DNA from: Rahnella contaminans
GTDB lineage: Bacteria; Pseudomonadota; Gammaproteobacteria; Enterobacterales; Enterobacteriaceae
NCBI RefSeq assembly: GCF_011065485.1
Contig: NZ_JAADJS010000008.1
Span: 98,560-122,559, forward strand
Direction: 5' to 3'
Length of the DNA: 24,000 nucleotides
Within the stretch, counting starts at the first letter, position 1; every line of letters begins with the position of its first letter. Shown here one piece after another: positions 11,168 through 18,646 of the stretch. The notes beneath the pieces are model-generated. The model made no database searches, was not told where the DNA came from, and was given only the letters and a program-made list of their open reading frames with translations. Position numbers and translations under genes: made by a program.

Positions 11168-12553
11168 TTACCTCGTGTTATCGGAAGGAGCGGCGGGCAG
11201 ATTTGCCAGCCGGTAAAGGGCTTCGGCGTAGATGCCGATGGCGCTGATAAAACGGCTCAGGCTGCCGTATTCGTCCGCACCGTGTGTATTGCCGGAAGAG
11301 CCGTCGGGAAATTCGCAGCCAAAAATCACCGCGTTTTGCATTGCGCTGGCGTAACTGCCTGCGCCGGTGGTGCGCGACGGGTGGTTTGTATCGCCGGTAT
11401 GACGGGTGTAAATCTCGTGCAACGTCTTCACCAGCGCGCTGTCCGGCGGATAAAGGCTCGGTGATTTGACCGGCTCAATGCTGATGCGGCTGTCGGGCCA
11501 GCTGAGATTCCAGAGCGTAAGCCGTTCAGCGATGTATTCCGGGGTCAGGTTTTCGGGATAACGGACGTTCAGCGTCAGCGACACCATCCCGTTTTTGATG
11601 TTCAGTACGACGGGAACCAGCAGGATCTGACCGCATTCTCCCGGCGTATCCAGCGCGAATTGCACGCCGCTCTGGCCGGTTTCCGGCGCGGTGATTTCGC
11701 AAAGTTGTTGTGTCCAGCGTGCGCTGAAACGTTGATGAAGTAGTTGCGCGGCACCGGCAATCGGATTAAGGCAGGCCTCCGGTTTTGAGGAGTGTCCGCC
11801 GCGACCATAAAGCTGCCAGTGATTAATTTGTCCCGGTTCGGCCAGCAACGTAAAACCGTCGGGTAACGTCCAGCCGCCAGAGGAGAGCGACAATCCGTTC
11901 AGCCGGGCGACGTCAGGGATGGTGTTCAGCACGCTGCCGCAGGACACGGTCAAACCAGGCTGTTCAACCGGGGACGTCAGCGTGACCAGCAAAGAGCCTT
12001 TTTCGCCGTAAATCACCGGGAATTTTCCGTCCGGCGTAAAAGCAAAAGCAGGTTGCGGCTGCGATTCAAAATAGCGGCGAATGCAGCGGAAACCACTCTC
12101 TTCGTTGCCGCCCGCCACCAGCCGGATGCGGCGTGAGAGAGGAAGATTCAGTTCACGCAGAATATCCAGCGCCAGCCAGGCGGCAATCATCGGGCCTTTG
12201 TCATCCACGACGCCGCGACCGATCAGATTGTCGCCCAGCCGCGAGAGCTGATACGGCGGAAAATGCCAGCCGTCACCGGCGGGAACCACGTCAGCGTGAC
12301 CAAAGACATACACGATTTCCTCGCCGCTGCCGTATTCAATATGCACGGCGTGGTTGTCGACATTGAGTGTGTTCAGCCCGGCGTCGTCGCCGAGTTTTTG
12401 CCACCAGCTGAGCGCGTCGGCAACGCCGCGGCCAAAAGGCGCATCCGGCTGTAGGCTGGCAGCGTCGAACGGCGAAGGGATCGCCACCCACTGGGCGAGT
12501 AAGGTGAGAAAATGCTGCGCCCGATCCCGGGCATGCGCTGCGAAGTCAGTCAT
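11168..12553 (-). CDS. M20-family dipeptidase (PepV/Sapep-like metallohydrolase, ~461 aa)
   Basis: M20 motifs are present: VFGHADVVPAG, GRGVVDDKGP, LVAGGNEESG. The ~460 aa length is typical of PepV-type dipeptidases with a lid domain. The ORF track starts at TTG 12577. I prefer ATG 12553 (MTDFAAHARD...) because the TTG lies inside a palindromic candidate operator. Confidence 0.85.
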   Translation of the reverse strand: MTDFAAHARDRAQHFLTLLAQWVAIPSPFDAASLQPDAPFGRGVADALSWWQKLGDDAGLNTLNVDNHAVHIEYGSGEEIVYVFGHADVVPAGDGWHFPPYQLSRLGDNLIGRGVVDDKGPMIAAWLALDILRELNLPLSRRIRLVAGGNEESGFRCIRRYFESQPQPAFAFTPDGKFPVIYGEKGSLLVTLTSPVEQPGLTVSCGSVLNTIPDVARLNGLSLSSGGWTLPDGFTLLAEPGQINHWQLYGRGGHSSKPEACLNPIAGAAQLLHQRFSARWTQQLCEITAPETGQSGVQFALDTPGECGQILLVPVVLNIKNGMVSLTLNVRYPENLTPEYIAERLTLWNLSWPDSRISIEPVKSPSLYPPDSALVKTLHEIYTRHTGDTNHPSRTTGAGSYASAMQNAVIFGCEFPDGSSGNTHGADEYGSLSRFISAIGIYAEALYRLANLPAAPSDNTR

Positions 12554-12574
12554 TGACGTTAACCATCCGAAAAA

Positions 12575-12613
12575 CAATGCTCACAGCATTGGGGCTGGCG
12601 GAAAAACCGTCAA
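12575..12613 (-). promoter_or_regulatory. Candidate promoter plus palindromic operator of the peptidase/PTS operon
   Basis: On the minus strand: TTGACG (12613-12608), a 17-nt spacer, then AATGCT (12590-12585). The perfect inverted repeat caatgct-cac-agcattg (12575-12591) overlaps the -10 and the predicted start site, the classic position for a repressor operator (the LacI-family protein encoded just upstream). Confidence 0.4.
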
Positions 12614-12667
12614 AAGGCAGGGTTCAGAATTGATAAATAAAACGGGTAAAATTTTTCGCCGGTTTTT

Positions 12668-13690
12668 TTAAGCAGAAGCGAGAAACGCCGGAGATACCTT
12701 CAGACGCGGGTCGTCAGGCAATAATGACTCTCCGGCCAGTTGCGCATGCAGGCATTCCACTGCCCGTGTCGCCATCTCGGTATGACGTGTGGCAACCAGA
12801 GGCAAAGCCAGTTTCAGGGAATGTTCGCACTCGCCGAAACCAGCCAGAGCGATGCGCCGCGAGAACAGCCGCCATCGGGAGGTTTGCAAACCTTCGGCCA
12901 GCGCGTGATGCGCGGCCAGTAATACCGTCGGGTTGTCGCAAAGGATCGCGGAAATTTTGGGGCTTTGTTTAATGAGCTGAGTGACTGCGCGGAAGCTGTC
13001 GTCAAATGTCGCTGCACAGGGCTGACTTAACGATGCGGAAAACGCCAGACCGGCTTTCCCGAGCGCGAGCGAAAGGCCGCCCAGCCGCTCGGCGCGAACC
13101 AGCGAATGATTTTCCCCGCCGAGATAACCAATATTCAGGTGCTGTTGTTGAAGTAACGCATCCGTTGCCATGTGTGCGCCCAGCGCATTGTCGGGATGAA
13201 TTGTCGCGAGCGGACCGGTATGGAAATGCGTGCCGACGCCGGTCAGCGCCACATGCCGCGCCGTCGCCCGCGCATGCAGGGCTTTCAGCGTATCAGGCTG
13301 CGCATTGAGTAATTTCCCGCAGACGAAAATCCCGCGCACGTCCTGCGCCAGAAGCTGCGCGGCGTGCTCCAGAAGCGTTGAGGTGTCTGCGTAGCCCGGT
13401 ATAAGTGTGAAGCCGGTTTGTTGCAGCGCGCAGGACAATTCGGGGAGTAAACCGGCGGCGAAAGCGCAATCTGGTGAAAGCAGAATGCCCGTTCGTGTGA
13501 AAGGTGCGACTGACGGTGTGGCCGGTAAACGGTAACCGAGCTGATCGATGGCCTGATAAATGCGCTCCACGCCTTCGGGGGATATCCGTCCTTTGCCGCC
13601 AAGCACCAGCGAAACCGCAGCAACGGAAACGCCTGCCAGACGCGCGACATCCTGCTGAGTGATTTTTGTGCGGGGCTTTTGCGCCGTCAT
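12668..13690 (-). CDS. LacI-family transcriptional regulator (~340 aa)
   Basis: N-terminal HTH ITQQDVARLAGVSVAAVSLVLGGKGRISPEGVERIYQAIDQLGYR, followed by a type-I periplasmic-binding-protein-like sugar-binding domain. I place the start at ATG 13690 (MTAQKPRTKITQQD...). The longer ORF to 13771 would run through the upstream terminator. Confidence 0.85.
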   Translation of the reverse strand: MTAQKPRTKITQQDVARLAGVSVAAVSLVLGGKGRISPEGVERIYQAIDQLGYRLPATPSVAPFTRTGILLSPDCAFAAGLLPELSCALQQTGFTLIPGYADTSTLLEHAAQLLAQDVRGIFVCGKLLNAQPDTLKALHARATARHVALTGVGTHFHTGPLATIHPDNALGAHMATDALLQQQHLNIGYLGGENHSLVRAERLGGLSLALGKAGLAFSASLSQPCAATFDDSFRAVTQLIKQSPKISAILCDNPTVLLAAHHALAEGLQTSRWRLFSRRIALAGFGECEHSLKLALPLVATRHTEMATRAVECLHAQLAGESLLPDDPRLKVSPAFLASA

Positions 13691-13764
13691 CGTCCTGCCA
13701 TACGGAATAAATTGACCGCAAAGTGTTGCAGGAGAAGGTCGGGAAAAAACGGGCTGAGATCGCA

Positions 13765-13797
13765 GAAACAAAAAATGGCGGGCACTAAGCCCGCCGA
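13765..13797 (-). terminator. Intrinsic terminator of the peroxiredoxin-glutaredoxin gene
   Basis: Read on the minus strand: ggcgggc (13795-13789), loop ttagt, gcccgcc (13783-13777), then ATTTTTTGTTT. Confidence 0.8.
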
Positions 13798-13879
13798 AAG
13801 TTCACGTAGTCTAACTTTGCTTTTTTGTTGGTAATGCAGGGATTATCGTCTTACTTCTTACAGCTGTTTCCGGTGAAGC

Positions 13880-14641
13880 TTATTGTGCAACTTCGCACAC
13901 TTCTTGTGTTTCTGAATGCAGGTAAACGTCCAGATCGTCGCTTCCGCCGATGTGGCGCCCACCAATAAAGACTTGCGGCACGGTCGCACGGCCGGTGACA
14001 GCGCGCAGGCTGACGGTGGTGGCGTCTTTGCCCAGTACGATTTCTTCATACTGAATACCGCGTTCCTGCAACATCTGTTTGGCTTTGGCACAGAACGGGC
14101 AGCCCGGTTTGGTGAATACGGAAACCGATTCCTGCACTTTGTATTCGGGTGCCAGGTATTTCAGCATTGTGTCTGCATCTGACACTTCAAACGGGTCGCC
14201 CGGCTTGTTTGGCTCAACGAACATTTTCTCGACCACGCCGTTACGTACCAGCATGGAATAACGCCATGAACGCGGGCCGAAACCTAAATCCGCTTTCTCG
14301 ACCAGCATGTCCATGCCTTTGGTGAATTCACCGTTGCCGTCCGGAATAAAGGTAATGTTCGATGCCTTCTGTTCTGATTTCCAGGCATTCATGACGAACG
14401 TGTCGTTAACAGAGACGCACAGAATGCTGTCGACGCCGTGTTGTCTGAACACCGGTGCAAGTTCGTTGTAACGCGGCAGATGGCTTGAAGAACAGGTCGG
14501 GGTAAATGCACCCGGCAGTGAAAAGACAATCACTGTTTTGTTTTTGAACAATTCATCGGTGCTGAGATCTACCCACTGATCGCCCTGGCGGGTGTGAAAA
14601 GTAACGTGCGGTACGTATTTCCCTTCCTGGCTTGCAAACAT
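13880..14641 (-). CDS. Hybrid peroxiredoxin (Prx5 type)-glutaredoxin fusion protein (253 aa)
   Basis: The N-terminal Prx5 domain has the peroxidatic Cys in [10 protein letters not shown]. The C-terminal Grx domain has the CPFC active site ([13 protein letters not shown]) and [14 protein letters not shown]. This architecture is that of H. influenzae PGdx and V. cholerae PrxA. SD aagagg lies before the ATG. Confidence 0.9.
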   Translation of the reverse strand: MFASQEGKYVPHVTFHTRQGDQWVDLSTDELFKNKTVIVFSLPGAFTPTCSSSHLPRYNELAPVFRQHGVDSILCVSVNDTFVMNAWKSEQKASNITFIPDGNGEFTKGMDMLVEKADLGFGPRSWRYSMLVRNGVVEKMFVEPNKPGDPFEVSDADTMLKYLAPEYKVQESVSVFTKPGCPFCAKAKQMLQERGIQYEEIVLGKDATTVSLRAVTGRATVPQVFIGGRHIGGSDDLDVYLHSETQEVCEVAQ

Positions 14642-14735
14642 GAATAACCTCTTAATTAATCGATAGAATATGAATTATTTTCGGCATTGCCGTTTCGTTG
14701 GAAGGCATTATTCACGATAATGGTTGATAGATATA

Positions 14736-14772
14736 ATCGTTGATTGCTATCTTATCTATCGTTATCGGCTAT
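14736..14772. promoter_or_regulatory. OxyR operator (four-element site) in the oxyR / prx-grx divergent region
   Basis: ATCG-n7-CTAT-n7-ATCG-n7-CTAT (14736-39, 14747-50, 14758-61, 14769-72) fits the OxyR consensus ATAG-n7-CTAT-n7-ATAG-n7-CTAT with exact 11-bp phasing. A perfect TATAAT (14732-14737, + strand) overlaps the site, which fits autorepression of oxyR. An AATAAT -10 candidate for the divergent gene is at 14712-14707. Confidence 0.65.
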
Positions 14773-14801
14773 CGCATTGCCTTATAGGGACTGGAGGAAA
14801 A

Positions 14802-15725
14802 ATGAACATTCGTGATTTAGAGTATCTTGTGGCACTGGCAGAGTTCCGCCATTTTCGTCGTGCAGCAGATTCCTGCCATGTCAGCCAGCCGACGTTAAGC
14901 GGGCAAATCCGTAAGCTGGAAGATGAACTGGGCGTGATGCTGCTTGAAAGAACCAGTCGTAAGGTGCTGTTCACACAAGCCGGTTTACTGCTGGTGGATC
15001 AGGCGCGCACGGTCCTGCGTGAAGTGAAAGTCCTCAAAGAGATGGCCAGCCAGCAGGGCGAAGCGATGTCCGGGCCGATGCATATCGGGCTAATTCCTAC
15101 CGTCGGGCCTTATCTTTTGCCGCAAATCATTCCTTCACTGCATAAAACATTCCCTAAACTCGAAATGTATCTGCACGAAGCGCAAACCCATCAGTTGCTG
15201 GCTCAGCTCGACAGCGGGAAGCTCGATTGTGCGATTCTGGCGCTGGTCAAAGAGAGCGAAGCTTTTATTGAAGTGCCGCTGTTTGATGAGCCGATGAAAC
15301 TGGCGATCTACGACGATCATCCGTGGGCATCACGCGATCGCGTGGCGATGGCGGATCTGGCCGGTGAAAAGCTGCTGATGCTGGAAGACGGACATTGTCT
15401 GCGCGATCAGGCGCTCGGTTTTTGCTTCCAGGCAGGGGCGGACGAAGATACGCATTTCCGCGCAACCAGTCTGGAAACGCTGCGGAATATGGTAGCGGCG
15501 GGAAGTGGCATTACCTTGCTGCCTTCGCTGGCCGTGCCGAATGAGCGCAGCCGCGATGGCGTCACGTATCTGACGTGTGACAAACCGGAACCCCGTCGCA
15601 CGATCGCGCTGGTATATCGTCCCGGTTCGCCACTGCGTGGGCGCTATGAACAACTGGCTGAAGCCATCAAAGAGCACATGCAACCTTATATGGATAAAGC
15701 CGCGGGCTTAAAAAAGGCGGTTTAA
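14802..15725 (+). CDS. oxyR: Hydrogen-peroxide-sensing LysR-family regulator OxyR (307 aa)
   Basis: [61 protein letters not shown]... is nearly identical to E. coli OxyR as recalled. The redox Cys context [11 protein letters not shown] is present. SD ggagg is at 14793-14797. The ORF-track start at 14724 is an upstream in-frame extension. Confidence 0.97.
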   Translation: MNIRDLEYLVALAEFRHFRRAADSCHVSQPTLSGQIRKLEDELGVMLLERTSRKVLFTQAGLLLVDQARTVLREVKVLKEMASQQGEAMSGPMHIGLIPTVGPYLLPQIIPSLHKTFPKLEMYLHEAQTHQLLAQLDSGKLDCAILALVKESEAFIEVPLFDEPMKLAIYDDHPWASRDRVAMADLAGEKLLMLEDGHCLRDQALGFCFQAGADEDTHFRATSLETLRNMVAAGSGITLLPSLAVPNERSRDGVTYLTCDKPEPRRTIALVYRPGSPLRGRYEQLAEAIKEHMQPYMDKAAGLKKAV

Positions 15726-17108
15726 TCCGTTCAGTGCCGCTACGCGATAAGCTTCTGCCATGGTCGGATAGTTGAAGGTGGTATTAACGAAATACTCGAT
15801 AGTATTCCCTTCACCTTTCTGTTCCATGATTGCCTGTCCGATGTGAATAATCTCGGCAGCGCGCTCTCCAAAGCAGTGAATACCCAGAATTTCTTTGGTA
15901 TCACGATGGAACAGCAGCTTGAGGCTCCCCACATTCATTCCGGCGATTTGCGCGCGTGCCAGATGCTTAAACTGCGCGCGGCCCACTTCGTAAGGTACCT
16001 TCATGGACGTCAGTTCCTGCTCGGTTTTGCCGACGGAGCTGATTTCAGGAATGGTATAAATGCCGGTCGGAATGTTTTCGATCAGATGCACTTTCGCTTC
16101 GCCCTGAATCATCGCCTGTGCGGCAATGCGGCCCTGATCGTAAGCCGCTGAAGCCAGGCTCGGATAGCCAATGACGTCGCCGACGGCATAAATATGCGAC
16201 AAAGCCGTCTGATACATGCTGTTTACTTTGAGCAAACCGCGGCTGTCGGCTTCAAGACCAATATTTTCCAGACCCAGTTTGTCAGTGTTACCGGTGCGTC
16301 CGTTAGCGTACAACAGCGCGTCAGCTTTCACTTTCTTACCGGATTTCAGGTGCATGATCACGCCGTCTTCCACGCCTTCAATCATCTCGAATTCTTCGTT
16401 GTGGCGGATAACTACACCGTTATTCCAGAAGTGATAAGACAACGCGTCTGACATTTCCTGATCGAGGAAAGACAGCAACCGGTCACGGGTGTTGATTAAG
16501 TCCACTTTTACGTTCAGACCGCGGAAGATAGAGGCATATTCGCAGCCGATAACGCCCGCGCCATAAATGATGACGTGGCGGGGTTCGTGGCTCAGTTCGA
16601 GGATCAGGTCGCTGTCATAAATGCGCGGATGACCAAAATCGACGTTGGCAGGACGGTAAGGGCGCGAACCACAGGCAATCACGATGTTGTCGGCGGTGAT
16701 TTGTTCGTGCGTGTTATCGGCGTAGCGGATGTTGATGGTATTGGCATCGACAAAACTGGCGTCGCCGGAGAACAGCTGGCATTGGTTTCTTTCATAGAAA
16801 CCTTGACGCATGCGGGTTTGCTGATTAATGACGGAATCTGCATGACGCAAAATATCCGGGAAACTGGAGCTTAGGGTGCGGGAGTTATCACTGTAGAGCG
16901 GGTTTTGGTTAAATTCGATGATTCTGCTGACGGCGTGACGCAATGCTTTGGAAGGGATGGTTCCCCAGTGAGTACATCCGCCACCGACGTTGTTATAGCG
17001 TTCGATGACAGCAACCCGGGCGCCTTGTTTAACCAGTCCCATCGCGGCGCCTTCTCCGCCAGGGCCTGAGCCAATGATGATGGCATCAAAATGTGAGTGC
17101 TGTGGCAT
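15708..17108 (-). CDS. sthA: Soluble pyridine nucleotide transhydrogenase (466 aa)
   Basis: [38 protein letters not shown]...ALNGLNRLF is colinear with E. coli SthA (466 aa) as recalled. The start is set at ATG 17108 rather than the ORF-track 17138. The 3' end overlaps oxyR by 18 bp. Confidence 0.97.
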   Translation of the reverse strand: MPQHSHFDAIIIGSGPGGEGAAMGLVKQGARVAVIERYNNVGGGCTHWGTIPSKALRHAVSRIIEFNQNPLYSDNSRTLSSSFPDILRHADSVINQQTRMRQGFYERNQCQLFSGDASFVDANTINIRYADNTHEQITADNIVIACGSRPYRPANVDFGHPRIYDSDLILELSHEPRHVIIYGAGVIGCEYASIFRGLNVKVDLINTRDRLLSFLDQEMSDALSYHFWNNGVVIRHNEEFEMIEGVEDGVIMHLKSGKKVKADALLYANGRTGNTDKLGLENIGLEADSRGLLKVNSMYQTALSHIYAVGDVIGYPSLASAAYDQGRIAAQAMIQGEAKVHLIENIPTGIYTIPEISSVGKTEQELTSMKVPYEVGRAQFKHLARAQIAGMNVGSLKLLFHRDTKEILGIHCFGERAAEIIHIGQAIMEQKGEGNTIEYFVNTTFNYPTMAEAYRVAALNGLNRLF

Positions 17109-17311
17109 AGTTCGAAACCTATTTTTATACAAAATCACAACGAGAAAGTAACATATTACACCTAATTACCCCACATGCAGTTGTCATTTAATGGTAATAC
17201 GGCAACATTCTGACCCACTTTATGCTGTGGTATCTATGGCTCCGCCCGGTAAAAATTTTGGTATAGTGAAGCTATAACGGGCGAATAATCAAAAAGAAGA
17301 ACATTATCCGG

Positions 17312-18001
17312 ATGAATGTTATGGGCGTAAGAGCACAACAAAAAGAGCGCACGCGTCGCTCACTGATTGAAGCGGCTTTTAGCCAGCTGAGTGCCGAGCG
17401 CAGCTTTGCCAGTCTGAGTTTGCGTGAAGTGTCCCGTGAAGCGGGTATTGCGCCGACGTCCTTTTACCGGCATTTCCGTGACGTGGATGAACTGGGTCTG
17501 ACGATGGTTGATGAAAGCGGTTTGATGCTGCGCCAGCTGATGCGCCAGGCGCGCCAGCGTATTGCCAAAGGCGGCAGCGTGATCCGCACGTCGGTTTCGA
17601 CTTTCATGGAGTTCATCGGAAATAACCCCAACGCCTTTCGTCTGCTGTTGCGCGAACGTTCCGGTACGTCTTCCGCGTTTCGTGCGGCTGTCGCCCGTGA
17701 AATTCAGCATTTTATTGCGGAACTTGCCGACTATCTGCAACTCGAAAACCACATGCCGCGCAGTTTTACCGAAGCGCAGGCCGAAGCGATGGTGATCATT
17801 GTTTTCAACGCCGGTGCGGAAGCGCTGGACGTGGATATCGCACAGCGCCGCCAGCTGGAAGAGCGTCTGGTGTTGCAACTGCGCATGATTTCTAAAGGTG
17901 CGTATTACTGGTATCGCCGGCAGCAGGAAAGAACGGCGGTGACTCCTATTCACAATAAGACCAGAGGTAAAGAAGATGACCGAACAAGCGAACCAGGATA
18001 A
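17312..18001 (+). CDS. fabR: TetR-family repressor of unsaturated fatty-acid synthesis FabR
   Basis: ...[67 protein letters not shown]... is nearly identical to E. coli FabR as recalled. An alternative ATG at 17321 cannot be excluded. Confidence 0.93.
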   Translation: MNVMGVRAQQKERTRRSLIEAAFSQLSAERSFASLSLREVSREAGIAPTSFYRHFRDVDELGLTMVDESGLMLRQLMRQARQRIAKGGSVIRTSVSTFMEFIGNNPNAFRLLLRERSGTSSAFRAAVAREIQHFIAELADYLQLENHMPRSFTEAQAEAMVIIVFNAGAEALDVDIAQRRQLEERLVLQLRMISKGAYYWYRRQQERTAVTPIHNKTRGKEDDRTSEPG

Positions 18002-18335
18002 TGGCACTCTGGTTTTGGCTTTGATTGCCGGACTGTCGATTAATGGCACTTTCGATGCGTTATTCAGCTCCGTCGTCGCGTTTTCGATATTCCCGATAAT
18101 CGCCCTGGTGTTGTCGGTGTATTGCCTTCATGTTCGTTATCACAAAGGCGAAATGCCCACCGGTTTACCGGTGCTGGCTGCGGCCTCTTTCCTTCTCGGA
18201 TTGCTACTTTACAGTACGTTTGTCCGCGTGGAATATCCTGAATTAGGGTCGAATTCTCTGCCATTGCTGATCAGTGTCGTGCTTTTGTTCTGGATAGGAT
18301 TGAAGCTGAAAAAGCGTAAATCGACGACGCAGTAA
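17976..18335 (+). CDS. yijD: Inner-membrane protein YijD (119 aa)
   Basis: [32 protein letters not shown]...YCLH.RY... is colinear with E. coli YijD (119 aa) as recalled and has hydrophobic helices. SD agaggtaaag lies inside the fabR 3' end. Confidence 0.9.
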   Translation: MTEQANQDNGTLVLALIAGLSINGTFDALFSSVVAFSIFPIIALVLSVYCLHVRYHKGEMPTGLPVLAAASFLLGLLLYSTFVRVEYPELGSNSLPLLISVVLLFWIGLKLKKRKSTTQ

Positions 18336-18351
18336 CTTCCTCATTCCTATG

Positions 18352-18383
18352 AAAAATCAGGCAACTTTCAGGTTGCCTTTTTT
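18352..18383. terminator. Bidirectional intrinsic terminator after yijD
   Basis: aggcaac (18359-18365), loop tttcag, gttgcct (18372-18378), then T6. An A5 run upstream (18352-18356) supplies a U-tract on the opposite strand. Confidence 0.8.
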
Positions 18384-18551
18384 ATGCCTTACGCCTGACC
18401 GCGACCTTTTGTGATCTTCTCCGACTGTCTTTTTATGAACTGTCATTTCATAAATATCAAACCTATGTTCAATATTTAGATATTGATCGTCCACTTCTTT
18501 ATTTCTTTGCCATAAAGTCTGTCTGAGTGGCAAAAACCAAAAGGTTTTCAT
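18357..18551 (-). CDS. Hypothetical small basic protein (64 aa), speculative
   Basis: The ATG at 18551 is preceded by a strong SD GAGGAG with 5-nt spacing. The stop codon falls at the foot of the bidirectional terminator. I recognise no family. The ORF lies in AT-rich DNA that also carries operator-like palindromes, so it may be non-coding. Confidence 0.25.
   Translation of the reverse strand: MKTFWFLPLRQTLWQRNKEVDDQYLNIEHRFDIYEMTVHKKTVGEDHKRSRSGVRHKKGNLKVA
18432..18454. promoter_or_regulatory. KdgR-like palindromic operator candidate upstream of the rhiT-like gene
   Basis: Perfect inverted repeat tttatgaa-n7-ttcataaa. The TGAA-n7-TTCA geometry equals that of the KdgR box consensus (AAATGAAACAnTGTTTCATTT as recalled). 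A second palindrome, tcaatat-ttag-atattga, is at 18469-18486. Confidence 0.35.
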
Positions 18552-18646
18552 CCGGGCTCCTCGCTAATTTGAATCATGGCCGGACGAAGTATTTTCGTTC
18601 GCATTCAGCCTACGCCTACAGGTGATTTAACAGAGGCCAGACGGCA

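Noticed and set aside
10523-11464. 313-aa plus-strand ORF spanning the EIIC 5' end, EIIB and the M20 3' end
   Set aside because: It crosses three well-supported minus-strand genes and their coupled junctions. Its composition (Arg/Gly/Cys-rich) is typical of antisense frames in GC-rich coding DNA.
12640-12670. T7 run (ggttttttta) after cgcc at the LacI gene stop, considered as a plus-strand terminator
   Set aside because: No stable GC-rich stem precedes it, and no plus-strand gene ends nearby. It is simply the A-rich sequence following the minus-strand stop codon.
13691-13771. 27-codon N-terminal extension of the LacI-family regulator
   Set aside because: The extension starts with a non-ATG codon inside the T-tract of the upstream intrinsic terminator (13765-13797). 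The HTH begins right after the internal ATG at 13690, as in other LacI-family proteins.
14724-14801. N-terminal extension of oxyR (ORF-track start at 14724, TTG)
   Set aside because: The extension would be translated from the OxyR operator and promoter DNA. The conserved protein begins at MNIRDLEYL (ATG 14802) with a GGAGG SD 5 nt upstream.
13772-14801. Search for an oxyS sRNA gene next to oxyR
   Set aside because: I could not align the E. coli oxyS sequence as recalled (including its terminal GCGGATCTCCAGGATCCGC hairpin) anywhere in this interval. The divergent slot is filled by the prx-grx CDS. Absence elsewhere in the genome cannot be judged from this window.
17109-17138. 10-codon N-terminal extension of sthA ([10 protein letters not shown]...)
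   Set aside because: E. coli SthA is 466 aa and begins at the equivalent of MPQHS... Starting at 17108 gives exactly 466 aa.
17360-18049. 229-aa ORF on the minus strand exactly mirroring fabR
   Set aside because: It is antisense to a highly conserved, recognisable FabR/YijD coding sequence. Its product is low-complexity and Arg/His-rich with no recognisable family. This is a typical shadow ORF of a codon-biased gene.
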